The notes under the pieces are model-generated. The model saw only the letters and a list, made by a program, of their open reading frames with translations, had not been told where the DNA came from and ran no database searches. This document shows, piece by piece, positions 1 through 10,285 of a stretch of 64,000 nucleotides of DNA (its first letter is position 1; each line of letters starts with the position of its first letter). The position numbers were made by a program, and so were the translations under genes. The stretch spans positions 2,784,001 through 2,848,000 of the forward strand of contig OY969695.1 in NCBI GenBank assembly GCA_963701965.1. The letters run 5' to 3'. Source of the DNA: an uncultured Gemmatimonadales bacterium (lineage in GTDB: Bacteria > Gemmatimonadota > Gemmatimonadetes > Gemmatimonadales > Gemmatimonadaceae).

Positions 1-79
1 CCAGGACGCCGAGCGCGACATAGATGAGGGAGAAGACGGCCAAGCAGATCGTTAAATAGGACAAGACGTAGGTCAGCAC
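1..79 (-). CDS. 5' end of a membrane-anchored protein divergent from the hopanoid operon (possibly HpnI-type glycosyltransferase); runs off the window
   Basis: GTG at 79 opens VLTYVLSYLTICLAVFSLIYVALGVL, a hydrophobic helix; GGAG upstream. Identity is guessed from context only. Confidence 0.4.
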   Translation of the reverse strand, partial: MLTYVLSYLTICLAVFSLIYVALGVL

Positions 80-205
80 GTGCGGTCTACTGCACTCCCA
101 TGGTGCGAGATTCCTGGCTAACTTCGCGAATCGACCCGCCACAGCACAATCCAGGGTCGTCCCTCTTCTGTTCCCGACACGTTCTCCCAACTTATTCCAT
201 CCGAC

Positions 206-1222
206 ATGCCCGCACCCCGATCACGCGTTCGCACCGCCCTCTGGTTGGCGGCTGGTGCGGGTCTCGCGGTCGCGGTCGCGCTCGTCGTGCGCGAAGGATT
301 CCACGACATACTCGGGCTGCTGGATGTCGCGGGCTGGCGACTGCTGTGGCTCGTGCCCGCGCACGTCGTGCCACTCGCGTGCTTTGGCGCGGCGTGGCTC
401 GCGTTGCTTGAGGGCAGAGACCCGCCAAGTCTCGCCTACGTCACGTGGGGCGCGATCGTGCGCGAAGCGGTGTCGGGATTGTTGCCGGTCGCCCGCATCG
501 GGGGCGAGGTCGTGGGCGTCCGCCTCCTGTCCCGGCGCGGCATTCCGGCGTCCACAGCCGGGGCCAGTGTGGTCGTCGAGCTGACCCTCACGATGGCCGC
601 GCAGGTGGTATTTGCGGCCATCGGGTTGGTCTTGCTCGCCGGGTATCCGACCGTGGGACCGGCCGTCCGCATCGTCACCGTTGGCCTGCTCGTGGGTATC
701 GCCGCCATCGCGGCCTTCGTGGTCGTCGTGCGCCGGTGGGGGCGAGCGATGTTCGCGCTCATGCAACGGGTGATCGGGGCCCTGACCGGAAGCACCGATC
801 GTCTGGGCGGCGATCCGGCGCGGTTCCATGAGGTGCTGCACGCGATGTTCGCCGATCGCGGCGCGCTCACGGCGTGCGGGGTCTGGCAACTGGTTGGCTT
901 CGTGGCCGGCGCGTTCGAGCTGTGGCTCACGTTGCGCCTCCTCGGCCAGCCGGGTGACGTGCGGATGGCCCTCGTCTTGGAGAGCTCCGCGACGGCCGTC
1001 CAGAGCGCGATGTTCATGGTACCCGGCGGCTTGGGGACACAGGAGGGCGGATTTGTCCTCTTTGGCGCGGCGGTCGGCCTCTCGCCTCAAGTGTCGTTGG
1101 CGCTGTCGTTGGCACGCCGCATGCGGCAAGTCGCGCTTGGGCTCCCTGCCCTCCTGTCGTGGTACTGGACGGAACTCCGTTCCGCCCAGTCGACTTCTGT
1201 TCTCGAGACCGACAGGAGATAA
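206..1222 (+). CDS. HpnL-like / lysylphosphatidylglycerol synthase TM-domain membrane protein
   Basis: Multi-TM protein with LLPVARIGGEV and VPGGLGTQEGGF motifs; first gene of the hopanoid operon. Confidence 0.75.
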   Translation: MPAPRSRVRTALWLAAGAGLAVAVALVVREGFHDILGLLDVAGWRLLWLVPAHVVPLACFGAAWLALLEGRDPPSLAYVTWGAIVREAVSGLLPVARIGGEVVGVRLLSRRGIPASTAGASVVVELTLTMAAQVVFAAIGLVLLAGYPTVGPAVRIVTVGLLVGIAAIAAFVVVVRRWGRAMFALMQRVIGALTGSTDRLGGDPARFHEVLHAMFADRGALTACGVWQLVGFVAGAFELWLTLRLLGQPGDVRMALVLESSATAVQSAMFMVPGGLGTQEGGFVLFGAAVGLSPQVSLALSLARRMRQVALGLPALLSWYWTELRSAQSTSVLETDRR

Positions 1223-2280
1223 TGACTACTCGCGCCGCAGACAGACCACGAGACGCAGCGCCGGGCGCGGCGAACGGCAGGGAGTTGCAGGACCGACTCC
1301 TACCGGGCGTTTCGCGCACGTTTGCGCTGACGATCCCGCAACTTCCGGGCGCGCTCCGCCCGGTCGTGACCAACGCGTACCTGCTCTGCCGGACGGCGGA
1401 CACGATCGAAGACGAAGTGGCGTTGTCCCCCGAACAAAAGCAGGAGTTCTCGGACCGGTTCATCGAGGTCGTGGCCGGGCGCGCGTCGGCGGAGGCGTTC
1501 GCGCGGGATCTCGAGCCGCTGTTGTCGCCGGCGACCCTGGATGCCGAACGGACATTGGTGCGCGAGACCGAGGCGGTCGTGGGTGTCACGGCGGAATTCA
1601 CGCCGCGGCAGCGCGCGGCGCTGGAGCGGTGCGTCCGCATCATGTGCAATGGGATGCCCCGATTTCAGCGCAACGCGGATCTCGGCGGGCTGGCGGACGT
1701 CCGGGAGTTGGACTGTTACTGCTATTACGTTGCCGGGGTGGTCGGCGAGATGTTGACGGAGCTGTTTTGCGCGCATTCACCCGCGATCGAGGCGCGGCGG
1801 GAGCGGTTGGCGCCGTTGGCGACGTCGTTCGGACAAGGGCTGCAGATGACGAACATCATCAAGGACACCTGGGACGACCGGCGGCGGGGCGTGTGTTGGC
1901 TGCCCCGCGATATTTTCGGCCGGCAGGGACTGGAGTTGGAAACGCTCGCTCCGGGCGGCGACACGGGTGCTCTGGCCGCCGCCATGGACGAGATGATCGC
2001 GATCGCGCACGGGCATTTGCGCGACGCGCTTACATATACGTTGACCATTCCCCAACGGGAAACCGGTATCCGGCGTTTTCTGTTGTGGGCCCTCGGGTTG
2101 GCGGTGCTCACGCTTCGGAAAGTCCATCGCAACCCGGCGTTCCTCGCCGGACACAGTGTCAAGGTTTCGCGTCGCACGGTCCGCGGGACGGTCCTCGCGA
2201 CGTCGTTGTGGGTCCGGAATGATTGGGTGCTCACCCGACTGATGCAGCTGGCGACGCACTCACTCCCAAGGCTGTCATGA
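1222..2280 (+). CDS. Squalene/phytoene synthase family, single-enzyme squalene synthase type
   Basis: VSRTFAL, YLLCRTADTIED, YCYYVAGVVG, GLQMTNIIKD motifs; AGGAG RBS; TAATG coupling to upstream gene. Confidence 0.85.
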   Translation: MTTRAADRPRDAAPGAANGRELQDRLLPGVSRTFALTIPQLPGALRPVVTNAYLLCRTADTIEDEVALSPEQKQEFSDRFIEVVAGRASAEAFARDLEPLLSPATLDAERTLVRETEAVVGVTAEFTPRQRAALERCVRIMCNGMPRFQRNADLGGLADVRELDCYCYYVAGVVGEMLTELFCAHSPAIEARRERLAPLATSFGQGLQMTNIIKDTWDDRRRGVCWLPRDIFGRQGLELETLAPGGDTGALAAAMDEMIAIAHGHLRDALTYTLTIPQRETGIRRFLLWALGLAVLTLRKVHRNPAFLAGHSVKVSRRTVRGTVLATSLWVRNDWVLTRLMQLATHSLPRLS

Positions 2281-4235
2281 GCTCAACTCTCGTCAGTGTA
2301 GTCGATGTTCCATTACGGCCCGATCCCGACGCTCTGGAAGCCGCGATCGCCCGGGGGTCCGACGCGCTGAGACAGGCGCAGGCCCGCGACGGGTACTGGC
2401 GGTTCGACCTGGAAGCCGACTGCAGCATCACCGCCGAATACGTCCTCATGATGCACTTCATGGACGAAATCGACGGACCGCTCGAGGGGAAGCTGGCGGC
2501 GCATCTCCGGGCCAAGCAAGAGAAACACGGTGGGTGGGGGCTGTATCCCGGCAGCGACTGCGATCTCAGTTGCTCGGTGAAGGCGTACTATGCGCTCAAG
2601 CTCGCGGGCGACGACGCGAACGCGGAGCACATGGTCCGCGCGCGCAAAGCGATCCTCGCCCGCGGCGGCGCGGCGCGGGCCAATGTGTTCACGCGCATCA
2701 CGCTGGCGCTGTTCGAGCAGATTCCGTGGCGGGGGTGTCCGTTCCTGCCGGTCGAGATCGTGCTCCTGCCGCGCTGGTTCCCGTTCCACCTCACCAAGGT
2801 CTCGTACTGGTCGCGCACCGTGATGGTGCCGCTGGCCATTCTGTGTAGCCTCAAGCGCCGGGCGCGGAATCCGCGGCGCGTGAACGTGCGGGAGCTGTTC
2901 GTCACGTCGCCCGAACTGGAAAAAGAATACTTTCCGGCGCGCTCGACGCTGAGTCGCGCGTTCGCGGCGCTCGATGCGCTGGGGCGGCGGAGCGAACCGC
3001 GCATCCCGGATGCGGCGCGGCGCCGGGCGCTGCTGCGCGCGACCCGTTGGTTCACGGCGCGGCTCAACGGCACGGACGGACTGGGGGGCATCTTCCCCGC
3101 GATGGTCAATGCCTATGAGGCGTTGGCCGCGCTCGGCTACGGCTACGATCACCCGTACCGGGTGCAGGCGCGCGAAGCGCTGCGCAAGCTGCTCGTGGTC
3201 GAGGGCGACAGGGCGTATTGTCAACCGTGCGTGTCGCCCGTGTGGGACACCGCGCTGGCGACGCTCGCGCTCCAGGAGGTCGGCGACCAGGCTTCGACGG
3301 CGTCGGCCGGCCGCGCGCTCGACTGGATGGTCTCCAAGCAGCTCCGCGACGATGAGCCGGGAGATTGGCGGGCGATCCGGCCCGGCGTGCACGGAGGCGG
3401 TTGGGCGTTTCAATTCGCGAATCCGCACTATCCGGATCTCGACGACACCGCCGCGGTCGCGTGGGCGCTTTCGCGCGCCAGTCGGCCGGAACGCTATCGC
3501 CGGTCAATGGCGTCGGCCGTCGAATGGATCGTCGGGATGCAGAGCCGGAATGGCGGCTTCGGCGCGTTCGACGCCGACAACACGGCGCGGTATCTCAATC
3601 AGATCCCGTTCGCCGACCATGGCGCGCTGCTCGATCCGCCGACGAGCAATGTGAGCGCGCGGTGCGCGCTCGCGCTGGCCCGGCACGGACGGCCGGAACA
3701 CCGGTTCGCGTTGACGCGCTGTCTGGCGTTCGTGCGGAGCGAGCAGGAGCCGGCCGGATCCTGGTTCGGACAATGGGGAACGAACTACGTGTATGGCACG
3801 TGGTCGGTGCTCACGGCGCTCGAATTGGCCGGCGGCGCCGCCAATGCGCCGATCATCGCCCGCGCGGCCGCGTGGCTCAAGGCGACGCAGAACCCCGACG
3901 GTGGCTGGGGCGAGGGATGCGCCAGCTACTACGACAATGGCTGCGTCTCCCGTCGCGATCCGAGCACGGCCTGCCAGACGGCATGGGCGGTCCTCGGTCT
4001 GCTGGCGGCCGGGGAGGTCCGGTCGGCCGAAGTGCGCCGCGGCATCGCGTATCTGTTGGCGCGCCAAGACCGGGACGGCGACGGGCTGTGGGATGATCCC
4101 TGGTTCAACGCGCCCGGGTTTCCGCGCGTGTTCTATCTCAAGTATCACGGATACGCGAAGTACTTTCCGCTCTGGGCCCTGGCCCGATATCGCGCGCTGT
4201 CGCCGGGCGCGGTCGAGGAAGGACGTCGGGCGTGA
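2277..4235 (+). CDS. shc: Squalene-hopene cyclase
   Basis: Catalytic DLDDTA, QW-type repeats (QSRNGGFG, QNPDGGWG), C-terminal GFPRVFYLKYHGY; ATGA overlap. Confidence 0.97.
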   Translation: MSSTLVSVVDVPLRPDPDALEAAIARGSDALRQAQARDGYWRFDLEADCSITAEYVLMMHFMDEIDGPLEGKLAAHLRAKQEKHGGWGLYPGSDCDLSCSVKAYYALKLAGDDANAEHMVRARKAILARGGAARANVFTRITLALFEQIPWRGCPFLPVEIVLLPRWFPFHLTKVSYWSRTVMVPLAILCSLKRRARNPRRVNVRELFVTSPELEKEYFPARSTLSRAFAALDALGRRSEPRIPDAARRRALLRATRWFTARLNGTDGLGGIFPAMVNAYEALAALGYGYDHPYRVQAREALRKLLVVEGDRAYCQPCVSPVWDTALATLALQEVGDQASTASAGRALDWMVSKQLRDDEPGDWRAIRPGVHGGGWAFQFANPHYPDLDDTAAVAWALSRASRPERYRRSMASAVEWIVGMQSRNGGFGAFDADNTARYLNQIPFADHGALLDPPTSNVSARCALALARHGRPEHRFALTRCLAFVRSEQEPAGSWFGQWGTNYVYGTWSVLTALELAGGAANAPIIARAAAWLKATQNPDGGWGEGCASYYDNGCVSRRDPSTACQTAWAVLGLLAAGEVRSAEVRRGIAYLLARQDRDGDGLWDDPWFNAPGFPRVFYLKYHGYAKYFPLWALARYRALSPGAVEEGRRA

Positions 4236-4957
4236 CCGCCGCGGAGACGGCGCCGACCGTGGCGACGGTGGGCGTCGTCGCCGCGCTCGCCGCGGAAGCG
4301 CGGTGGCTGGACGGCGTGCGCGGACCGCCGGACTCGCCGCTCCGCGTCCTGGTGAGCGGCGTCGGCGCGCGCGCGGCCCAACGCGCCGCCGAGCGCCTGC
4401 TGGCCGACGGCGCGCGGTCGCTCGTGAGTTGGGGCACCGCCGCTGGACTGCATCCGACGCTCGCCCCGGGCACGTTGCTCATCGCGGACCGCGTGCTGGC
4501 GGACGCCGCCGCGACGACCGCCCTCGAGCCTACCCTGGCGTGGGCCGATCGCTTGGCCACCGCGCTGCAGGGCGTGGTCCCGGTCGCCCGCGGCACGATG
4601 GCGTGCCCGCGCGCCGTGCTGCGGACCGCCGCCGACAAGAGCGCGCTGGCCCGCGCCAGCGGCGCGATCGGCGCCGACATGGAGAGCGCGGCCATCGGAC
4701 GGGTGGCCGAGGCGGCCGGTGTCGCCTGGATCGTCGTGCGCGTCGTGTCCGACGGCTGGGACGCCACGGTGCCCGAGAGCGTCGTCGCCGCGGTCGGCAA
4801 TGACGGCGCGATTCGACTCGGCCGGTTGGCGAGGGCCGTCCTCGCGCGCCCGTCCGACCTGCGGGCGTTTCCCGCGCTCGCCCGCGGTATGCGGGTCGCG
4901 GGACGGACGATGCGCCGGGCGGCGCCAGTGCTCGCCTGCGGCGGGCGGGAAGCGTGA
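4232..4957 (+). CDS. hpnG: Hopanoid-associated nucleoside phosphorylase-like protein
   Basis: [21 protein letters not shown] motifs of the PNP/MTAN fold; directly after shc. Confidence 0.8.
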   Translation: MTAAETAPTVATVGVVAALAAEARWLDGVRGPPDSPLRVLVSGVGARAAQRAAERLLADGARSLVSWGTAAGLHPTLAPGTLLIADRVLADAAATTALEPTLAWADRLATALQGVVPVARGTMACPRAVLRTAADKSALARASGAIGADMESAAIGRVAEAAGVAWIVVRVVSDGWDATVPESVVAAVGNDGAIRLGRLARAVLARPSDLRAFPALARGMRVAGRTMRRAAPVLACGGREA

Positions 4958-5949
4958 TGAAGGCGCTGGTCACGGGTGCCACCGGGTTCGTTGGCGCGGC
5001 GGTCGCGCGCCGCTTGCGCGAGGCGGGACACGAGGTGCGTGCGCTCGTGCGCCCGCGCGCCGATCGCCACAATGTCGAGGGGCGGGGCATCGAGACGGTC
5101 GAGGGAGACCTGACCGATCGCGCCTCGCTCGCGCGCGCGGTGCGCGGATGTCAGGCGGTCTTTCACGTCGCGGCCGACTATCGGCTCTGGGTTCCGTCGC
5201 CTGCCGCGATGTACGCGGCCAACGTCAAGGGCACACGGTCGGTACTGCAGGCAGCCGGGGAAGCGGGCGTCGAGCGGATCGTCTACACGAGCAGCGTCGC
5301 GACCCTGGGCCTGCGCGCCGACGGCTTACCGGCCGACGAGGAAACCCCGTCGACCCTCGACGACATGATCGGTCACTACAAGCGCTCGAAGTTCCTGGCC
5401 GAGGAAGTCGTGCACACCATGGCCGCCTCCGGTACGCCGGTCGTGATCGTGAATCCCTCGACGCCCATCGGGCCGGGCGATGTGAAACCGACACCGACCG
5501 GCCGCATGATCCGGGATGCCCTGGCGGGCCGCATGCCGGCCTACGTCGATACCGGGCTCAACGTGGTGCACGTCGACGACGTAGCGACAGGGCATCTGCT
5601 CGCGTACGAGCGGGGCCAGATCGGGCGCCGTTACATCTTGGGCGGAACCGATATGACGCTCAAGGAGATTCTGACAGAGTTGGCGCACATTGCCGGCCGC
5701 CGTCCGCCACGGTGGCGGCTGCCGCAGCGGGCCCTGCTCCCCATCGCGTATCTCGCGGAAGGATGGGCGCACGTGAGCGGGCGCGAACCGTTGACCACGG
5801 TGGACGGCGTTCGCTTGTCGGCGAAGCGTATGTACTTTTCGAGTGCGAGGGCGGCACGCGAGCTGGGCTATGGAGGGGCGACGCGCGAACCTCGTCGCGC
5901 GCTCGAGGATGCGGCCGAGTGGTTTCGGGGGGCGAGCGTATGGACCTGA
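4957..5949 (+). CDS. hpnA: Hopanoid-associated NAD-dependent sugar epimerase/dehydratase
   Basis: [30 protein letters not shown] motifs. Confidence 0.88.
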   Translation: MKALVTGATGFVGAAVARRLREAGHEVRALVRPRADRHNVEGRGIETVEGDLTDRASLARAVRGCQAVFHVAADYRLWVPSPAAMYAANVKGTRSVLQAAGEAGVERIVYTSSVATLGLRADGLPADEETPSTLDDMIGHYKRSKFLAEEVVHTMAASGTPVVIVNPSTPIGPGDVKPTPTGRMIRDALAGRMPAYVDTGLNVVHVDDVATGHLLAYERGQIGRRYILGGTDMTLKEILTELAHIAGRRPPRWRLPQRALLPIAYLAEGWAHVSGREPLTTVDGVRLSAKRMYFSSARAARELGYGGATREPRRALEDAAEWFRGASVWT

Positions 5950-6896
5950 TTCTGGCGCAACCCCGTGGCTTCTGTGCGGGCGTCGTTCGCGCGATCGAAA
6001 TCGTCGAGCGCACGTTGGAGCTCCACGGGGCGCCCGTGTATGTCCTGCACGAGATCGTGCACAATCGCCGCGTCGTCGAGGATCTGGAGCAGCGGGGCGC
6101 GATCTTCGTCGAGGAGATGAGTCAGGTGCCAACCGGGGCGATCTTGATCTTCAGTGCCCACGGCGTCGCCCGTAAAGTCGAACACGCCGCCGCGGCCCGT
6201 GGGCTGCGCGTGATCAATGCCACCTGTCCTCTGGTCACCAAAGTCCATCTCCAGGCCCAGCGCTACGCGCGCGAGGGCCGCGAGCTGATCATCGTGGGGC
6301 ACGCTGGCCACATCGAGGTCGCCGGAACTGTCGGCCAGGCGGATGGCCCGGTCCACGTCCTGTGCAGTCCAAGAGAAGTGGATGAGCTCGTCGTGACGGA
6401 TCCGGACCGACTGGCGTACGTGACCCAAACGACCTTGAGCATCGACGACACCCGCGAAGTGGTCGATGCGCTCAAGCGGCGGTTTCCGTCGATCAAGGGC
6501 CCCGGACTCGACGACATCTGCTACGCGACCCAGAACCGGCAAAATGCGGTGCGGGCGCTCGCCGTGCGGGCCCATGTCCTGCTGGTGGTCGGTGCAAGGA
6601 ACAGCTCGAACTCCAACCGGCTTCGTGAAGTCGGGGCGCATCACGGAGTACCTTCCTATCTGATCGAGGAAGCGGGCGATATCGATCCCGCTTGGCTTCC
6701 GACAAACGGCGGGCGGGTGGCGATCACGGCTGGGGCGTCGACGCCGGAGGTGTTGGTGGATCAGGTGATCGAGCGGTTGCGAGGGCTCGGCATCCGATCG
6801 GTGTCGACGATCGATGGGGTGAAGGAAACGACGACTTTTCGGCTGCCGGCGGAGCTCGCGCTCCCGGCGACCGGTGATCTCGAGGAATCGGCCTGA
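5940..6896 (+). CDS. ispH: 4-hydroxy-3-methylbut-2-enyl diphosphate reductase
   Basis: [41 protein letters not shown] motifs. Confidence 0.95.
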   Translation: MDLILAQPRGFCAGVVRAIEIVERTLELHGAPVYVLHEIVHNRRVVEDLEQRGAIFVEEMSQVPTGAILIFSAHGVARKVEHAAAARGLRVINATCPLVTKVHLQAQRYAREGRELIIVGHAGHIEVAGTVGQADGPVHVLCSPREVDELVVTDPDRLAYVTQTTLSIDDTREVVDALKRRFPSIKGPGLDDICYATQNRQNAVRALAVRAHVLLVVGARNSSNSNRLREVGAHHGVPSYLIEEAGDIDPAWLPTNGGRVAITAGASTPEVLVDQVIERLRGLGIRSVSTIDGVKETTTFRLPAELALPATGDLEESA

Positions 6897-8032
6897 TGGG
6901 TATTCCGTTTTCGGCGCAGGCGCGCATTGCGCGCTATGTCCTGGGGAAAAAGCTCTCGGGACAGAAGCGCTTCCCGCTCGTGCTCATGCTGGAGCCGCTC
7001 TTCCAGTGCAACCTGGAATGCTCGGGCTGCGGCAAGATCGCGTACTCCAACGACATTCTGCGGCGGCGGCTGACGGTCGACGAGTGTCTGGCCGCGGTCG
7101 ACGAATGCGGCGCACCCGTCGTCGCGATCCCCGGTGGGGAGCCGCTGATCCACAAAGACATGCCGGAGATCGTGGCCAAGATCCTGGCCCGCGGCAAGCT
7201 CGTGTCGCTGTGCACGAACGCGATCCTGCTGGCGAAGCGCCTCGACGAGTTCACGCCGTCCAAGTACCTGATGTTCTCGGTGCATCTGGATGGCATGCAA
7301 GAGCGCCACGACGCGTCGGTGTGTCGGGACGGGGTGTTCGAGAAAGCGGTGACCGCGATCCGGCTGGCGCGGCGGCGCGGGTTCCGCGTCTCGATCAACG
7401 CGACGTTGTTCCAGGGCGAGGATCCCGAGAAGGTCGCGACGTTTCTGGACTTTGTCACGACAGAGTTGGGCGTCGAGGGCATCACGCTGTCGCCAGGGTA
7501 CAGCTACGAGAAGGCGCCGCGCCACGACGTCTTCTTGGGGCGGAACGAGAGCAAGAAGTTGTTCCGCGAGATCTTCAAGCGGGGCAAGGACAAAGGCTGG
7601 CCGTTGACGGACTCGTCGTTGTTCCTCGATTTCCTCGCGGGGAATCAGCCGTACGAATGCACGCCGTGGAGCACGCCGACCCGGAACGTGTTCGGCTGGC
7701 AGAAGCCGTGCTATCTCCTCGTGAACGAGGGGTACGCGCCGTCGTTCCAAGCGCTCATGGACGAGACGGAGTGGGAGCAGTACGGGACCGGCAAGAATCC
7801 CAAGTGCGACAACTGCATGGCGCACTGCGGGTACGAGGGCGCGGCGGTCGATGACGCATTCGCGCATCCGATCAAGGCGATGCTGGTGTCGCTCCGTGGG
7901 CCCAAGACCGAGGGGCCGTTCGCGCCGGATCCCGAGGTGCGCTACGCCCGGCCGGCCGGTCGTCCGCCGTTGACCGTGCTGCCGGCCGAGCCGGGCCAGC
8001 GCGCGGCCCGAGCAAAGGGCAACTCCAACTGA
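6896..8032 (+). CDS. hpnH: Adenosyl-hopene transferase (radical SAM)
   Basis: PLVLMLEPLFQCNLECSGCGK (CxxxCxxC), CTPW, GWQKPCY, CDNCMAHCGYE. Confidence 0.93.
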   Translation: MGIPFSAQARIARYVLGKKLSGQKRFPLVLMLEPLFQCNLECSGCGKIAYSNDILRRRLTVDECLAAVDECGAPVVAIPGGEPLIHKDMPEIVAKILARGKLVSLCTNAILLAKRLDEFTPSKYLMFSVHLDGMQERHDASVCRDGVFEKAVTAIRLARRRGFRVSINATLFQGEDPEKVATFLDFVTTELGVEGITLSPGYSYEKAPRHDVFLGRNESKKLFREIFKRGKDKGWPLTDSSLFLDFLAGNQPYECTPWSTPTRNVFGWQKPCYLLVNEGYAPSFQALMDETEWEQYGTGKNPKCDNCMAHCGYEGAAVDDAFAHPIKAMLVSLRGPKTEGPFAPDPEVRYARPAGRPPLTVLPAEPGQRAARAKGNSN

Positions 8033-9189
8033 CCGCGCCCGGCGCGGCGGCCGCCGCAGCCACGGCGGCCGCGGCGCTGTGGCTCGCGATTCTGCTGGCG
8101 CCGTGGCGGCCGTGGAGCACGGCCGAACGGCTGGATGCCAGCCGCCAACGGAGATCGGGCGGCGACGATCGCCCGGGGGATGATGATCTCTCGCAGGACC
8201 TGGGGGATGTCACGGCGCTGATCCCCGCCCGCGACGAGGGCGCCCTCATCGGGCGCACGGTGTCGGCCCTCGCCGCCCAAGGCATCAGCCGGATCATCGT
8301 GGTCGACGACCAGTCGACGGATGACACCGCCAGCGCGGCCCGTAGTGCCGGTGCCGAGGTTATCCCGGGTGAGCCTCTACCGCCGGACTGGGTCGGTAAA
8401 CTGTGGGCGCTCGAGCAGGGACGTCTGCAGGTGACCACGCCGTTGACACTGCTCGTCGACGCTGATATAGAGCTTCATAAGGGCACTATCAGAGCACTAT
8501 TGCAACAGAAGGCCAGGCGCGGTCGAGTCCAGCTCGTATCGTTGATGGCGGTGCTGGAAATGGACAATGCGTGGGAGAAGCTCCTCATCCCCGCGTTCAT
8601 CTACTTCTTCAAGCTGCTGTATCCGTTCCGCCTGGCCAACGGCAAGACCCGGCTGGTGGCCGCCGCGGCCGGGGGCTGTGTGCTCGTCGAAACGGCGGTG
8701 CTCGCGCGCATTGGCGGGTTTGGCGCGCTCCGCGGCGCCATCATCGACGATTGCACGCTCGCCCGCCGGGTCAAGGATGCTGGAGGCCGCACCTGGATCG
8801 GCCTGACGCACTCGGCGGTGAGCCGGCGCGCGATGCACGGTCTCGCGCCCATCTGGTCGATGGTCGCCCGGTCGGCGTTCGCGCAATTGCGCTATTCGAC
8901 GGCGCTCCTCGTCGCCTGCGTGGCGGTCCTGGCCTTGGCGTTCTGGGTCCCGCCCGCCGGCCTCTTCGTCCCCGCCATGCGCCTGCCTTCGGCGGTCGCG
9001 CTCGTCGCGATGATGACGACGTATCTCCCGGTCCTGCACTTCTACAGGCGTTCCCCCCTCTGGGCGCTGGCCCTGCCGGTCGCCGGAACGTTCTACGTCT
9101 TCATGACCATCACGTCGGCCGTCCGGTACTGGCGCGGCGAGCGGTCCCGGTGGAAAGGACGCGTCTACGCATCTTCCGGGGAGGGATAA
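8029..9189 (+). CDS. Hopene-associated GT2 glycosyltransferase (HpnB-like); probable CTG start
   Basis: Frame reads LWLAILLAPWRPW...ALIPARDEG upstream of the ORF-track start (8260), then VVDDQSTD, WVGKLWAL, DADI, IIDDCTLA, WKGR. Confidence 0.8.
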   Translation: MTAPGAAAAAATAAAALWLAILLAPWRPWSTAERLDASRQRRSGGDDRPGDDDLSQDLGDVTALIPARDEGALIGRTVSALAAQGISRIIVVDDQSTDDTASAARSAGAEVIPGEPLPPDWVGKLWALEQGRLQVTTPLTLLVDADIELHKGTIRALLQQKARRGRVQLVSLMAVLEMDNAWEKLLIPAFIYFFKLLYPFRLANGKTRLVAAAAGGCVLVETAVLARIGGFGALRGAIIDDCTLARRVKDAGGRTWIGLTHSAVSRRAMHGLAPIWSMVARSAFAQLRYSTALLVACVAVLALAFWVPPAGLFVPAMRLPSAVALVAMMTTYLPVLHFYRRSPLWALALPVAGTFYVFMTITSAVRYWRGERSRWKGRVYASSGEG

Positions 9190-9200
9190 AAATACGTATC

Positions 9201-10217
9201 ATGGGGGCCCGTAAGCCGAGGTCGCTCCCCTTGTCCGTGACATTCTCGCCGGCCGATCTCAGTCGGATGGAGATGGCCGCGGAGGCGCTGCTGTCCCCGC
9301 TCGCCCACGAGCGGGTCGATGATTGGCGGCGCACGGTCACGCGCACGATCAAACGCGCGCTCGACGGGGACCGGGCCACGTTCACCCTCGCGCCGCCCAG
9401 TGAGCCGGGCGCCGGGGCGACGTTCAGCGAGGAGGACCCGACGGTCGCGCTGCGCCCCGACGCGCCCGATGAGCCGGTGTTCGGGTCCGGCCCGATGGAC
9501 AACATTTGCCATGCCGCCGGCATGCAGGCGGCGTGTCGGACGACCAATGCGGTCGGGGTCGTCGTGGTCACGCGCGACGGCCAGGGGACGCTCCCATTTG
9601 GCGAAAAGGCGTTCGCCATGCTTCGGTTGCTGCAGCCGGCCCTCGCTGTGGGCATCGAGATGCGGCAGCGGTTCGCGCGGCGCCGCGCCGAGTTTCACCG
9701 GGTGCTGGACGCGATGCGCGAGGGGCTGGTCCTGATCGACGCGTCGGGACGCGTCGTGCACGAGACGCCAATGCTCGGACGGCTCATGGCCGACGAATGG
9801 GAGTGCGATCGCGTGCGCGCCGTCATGCTGGCCTGCGCGCGGAGTGTCAGCGATGCGCTGCGCGGCATCGGGCTCCCGCGCGGCGCGCTCACGGAGCTCT
9901 GCACCGCGCAGCACCGGTATCGCGTCCGCGGGTGCTACGCGGGCGACGAGTTGGCGGGTTCGGCCGCTGTGCTTGTGGCGCTCGAACGGGTGGGCCCGGC
10001 GCCGGCGCCGGACGATGCGACGCTCCGGGCCCGGTTTGGCCTCACGCCGCGCGAAATCCAGGTCACGCGGCTGCTGGCCGCCGGACGGCGAAACGACGAC
10101 GTCGCGGCGTCGCTCCAGATCAGCCCGCACACGGCGCGCCGCCACACCGAGCGGGTGCTCGCCAAACTCGGCGCCACGTCGCGCGCCGCCGTGGGAGCGC
10201 TCCTCCGCGGCACGTAG
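9201..10217 (+). CDS. LuxR-type HTH regulator with PAS-like segment
   Basis: C-terminal GLTPREIQV...ISPHTARRHTERVLAKLG; start uncertain. Confidence 0.8.
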   Translation: MGARKPRSLPLSVTFSPADLSRMEMAAEALLSPLAHERVDDWRRTVTRTIKRALDGDRATFTLAPPSEPGAGATFSEEDPTVALRPDAPDEPVFGSGPMDNICHAAGMQAACRTTNAVGVVVVTRDGQGTLPFGEKAFAMLRLLQPALAVGIEMRQRFARRRAEFHRVLDAMREGLVLIDASGRVVHETPMLGRLMADEWECDRVRAVMLACARSVSDALRGIGLPRGALTELCTAQHRYRVRGCYAGDELAGSAAVLVALERVGPAPAPDDATLRARFGLTPREIQVTRLLAAGRRNDDVAASLQISPHTARRHTERVLAKLGATSRAAVGALLRGT

Positions 10218-10285
10218 GCGCCGGCCGTAAATTTGAGCGCAAGACTTGGCGCGCGTCATCGGCGAGGGCCAAGCATCATTGGAGC

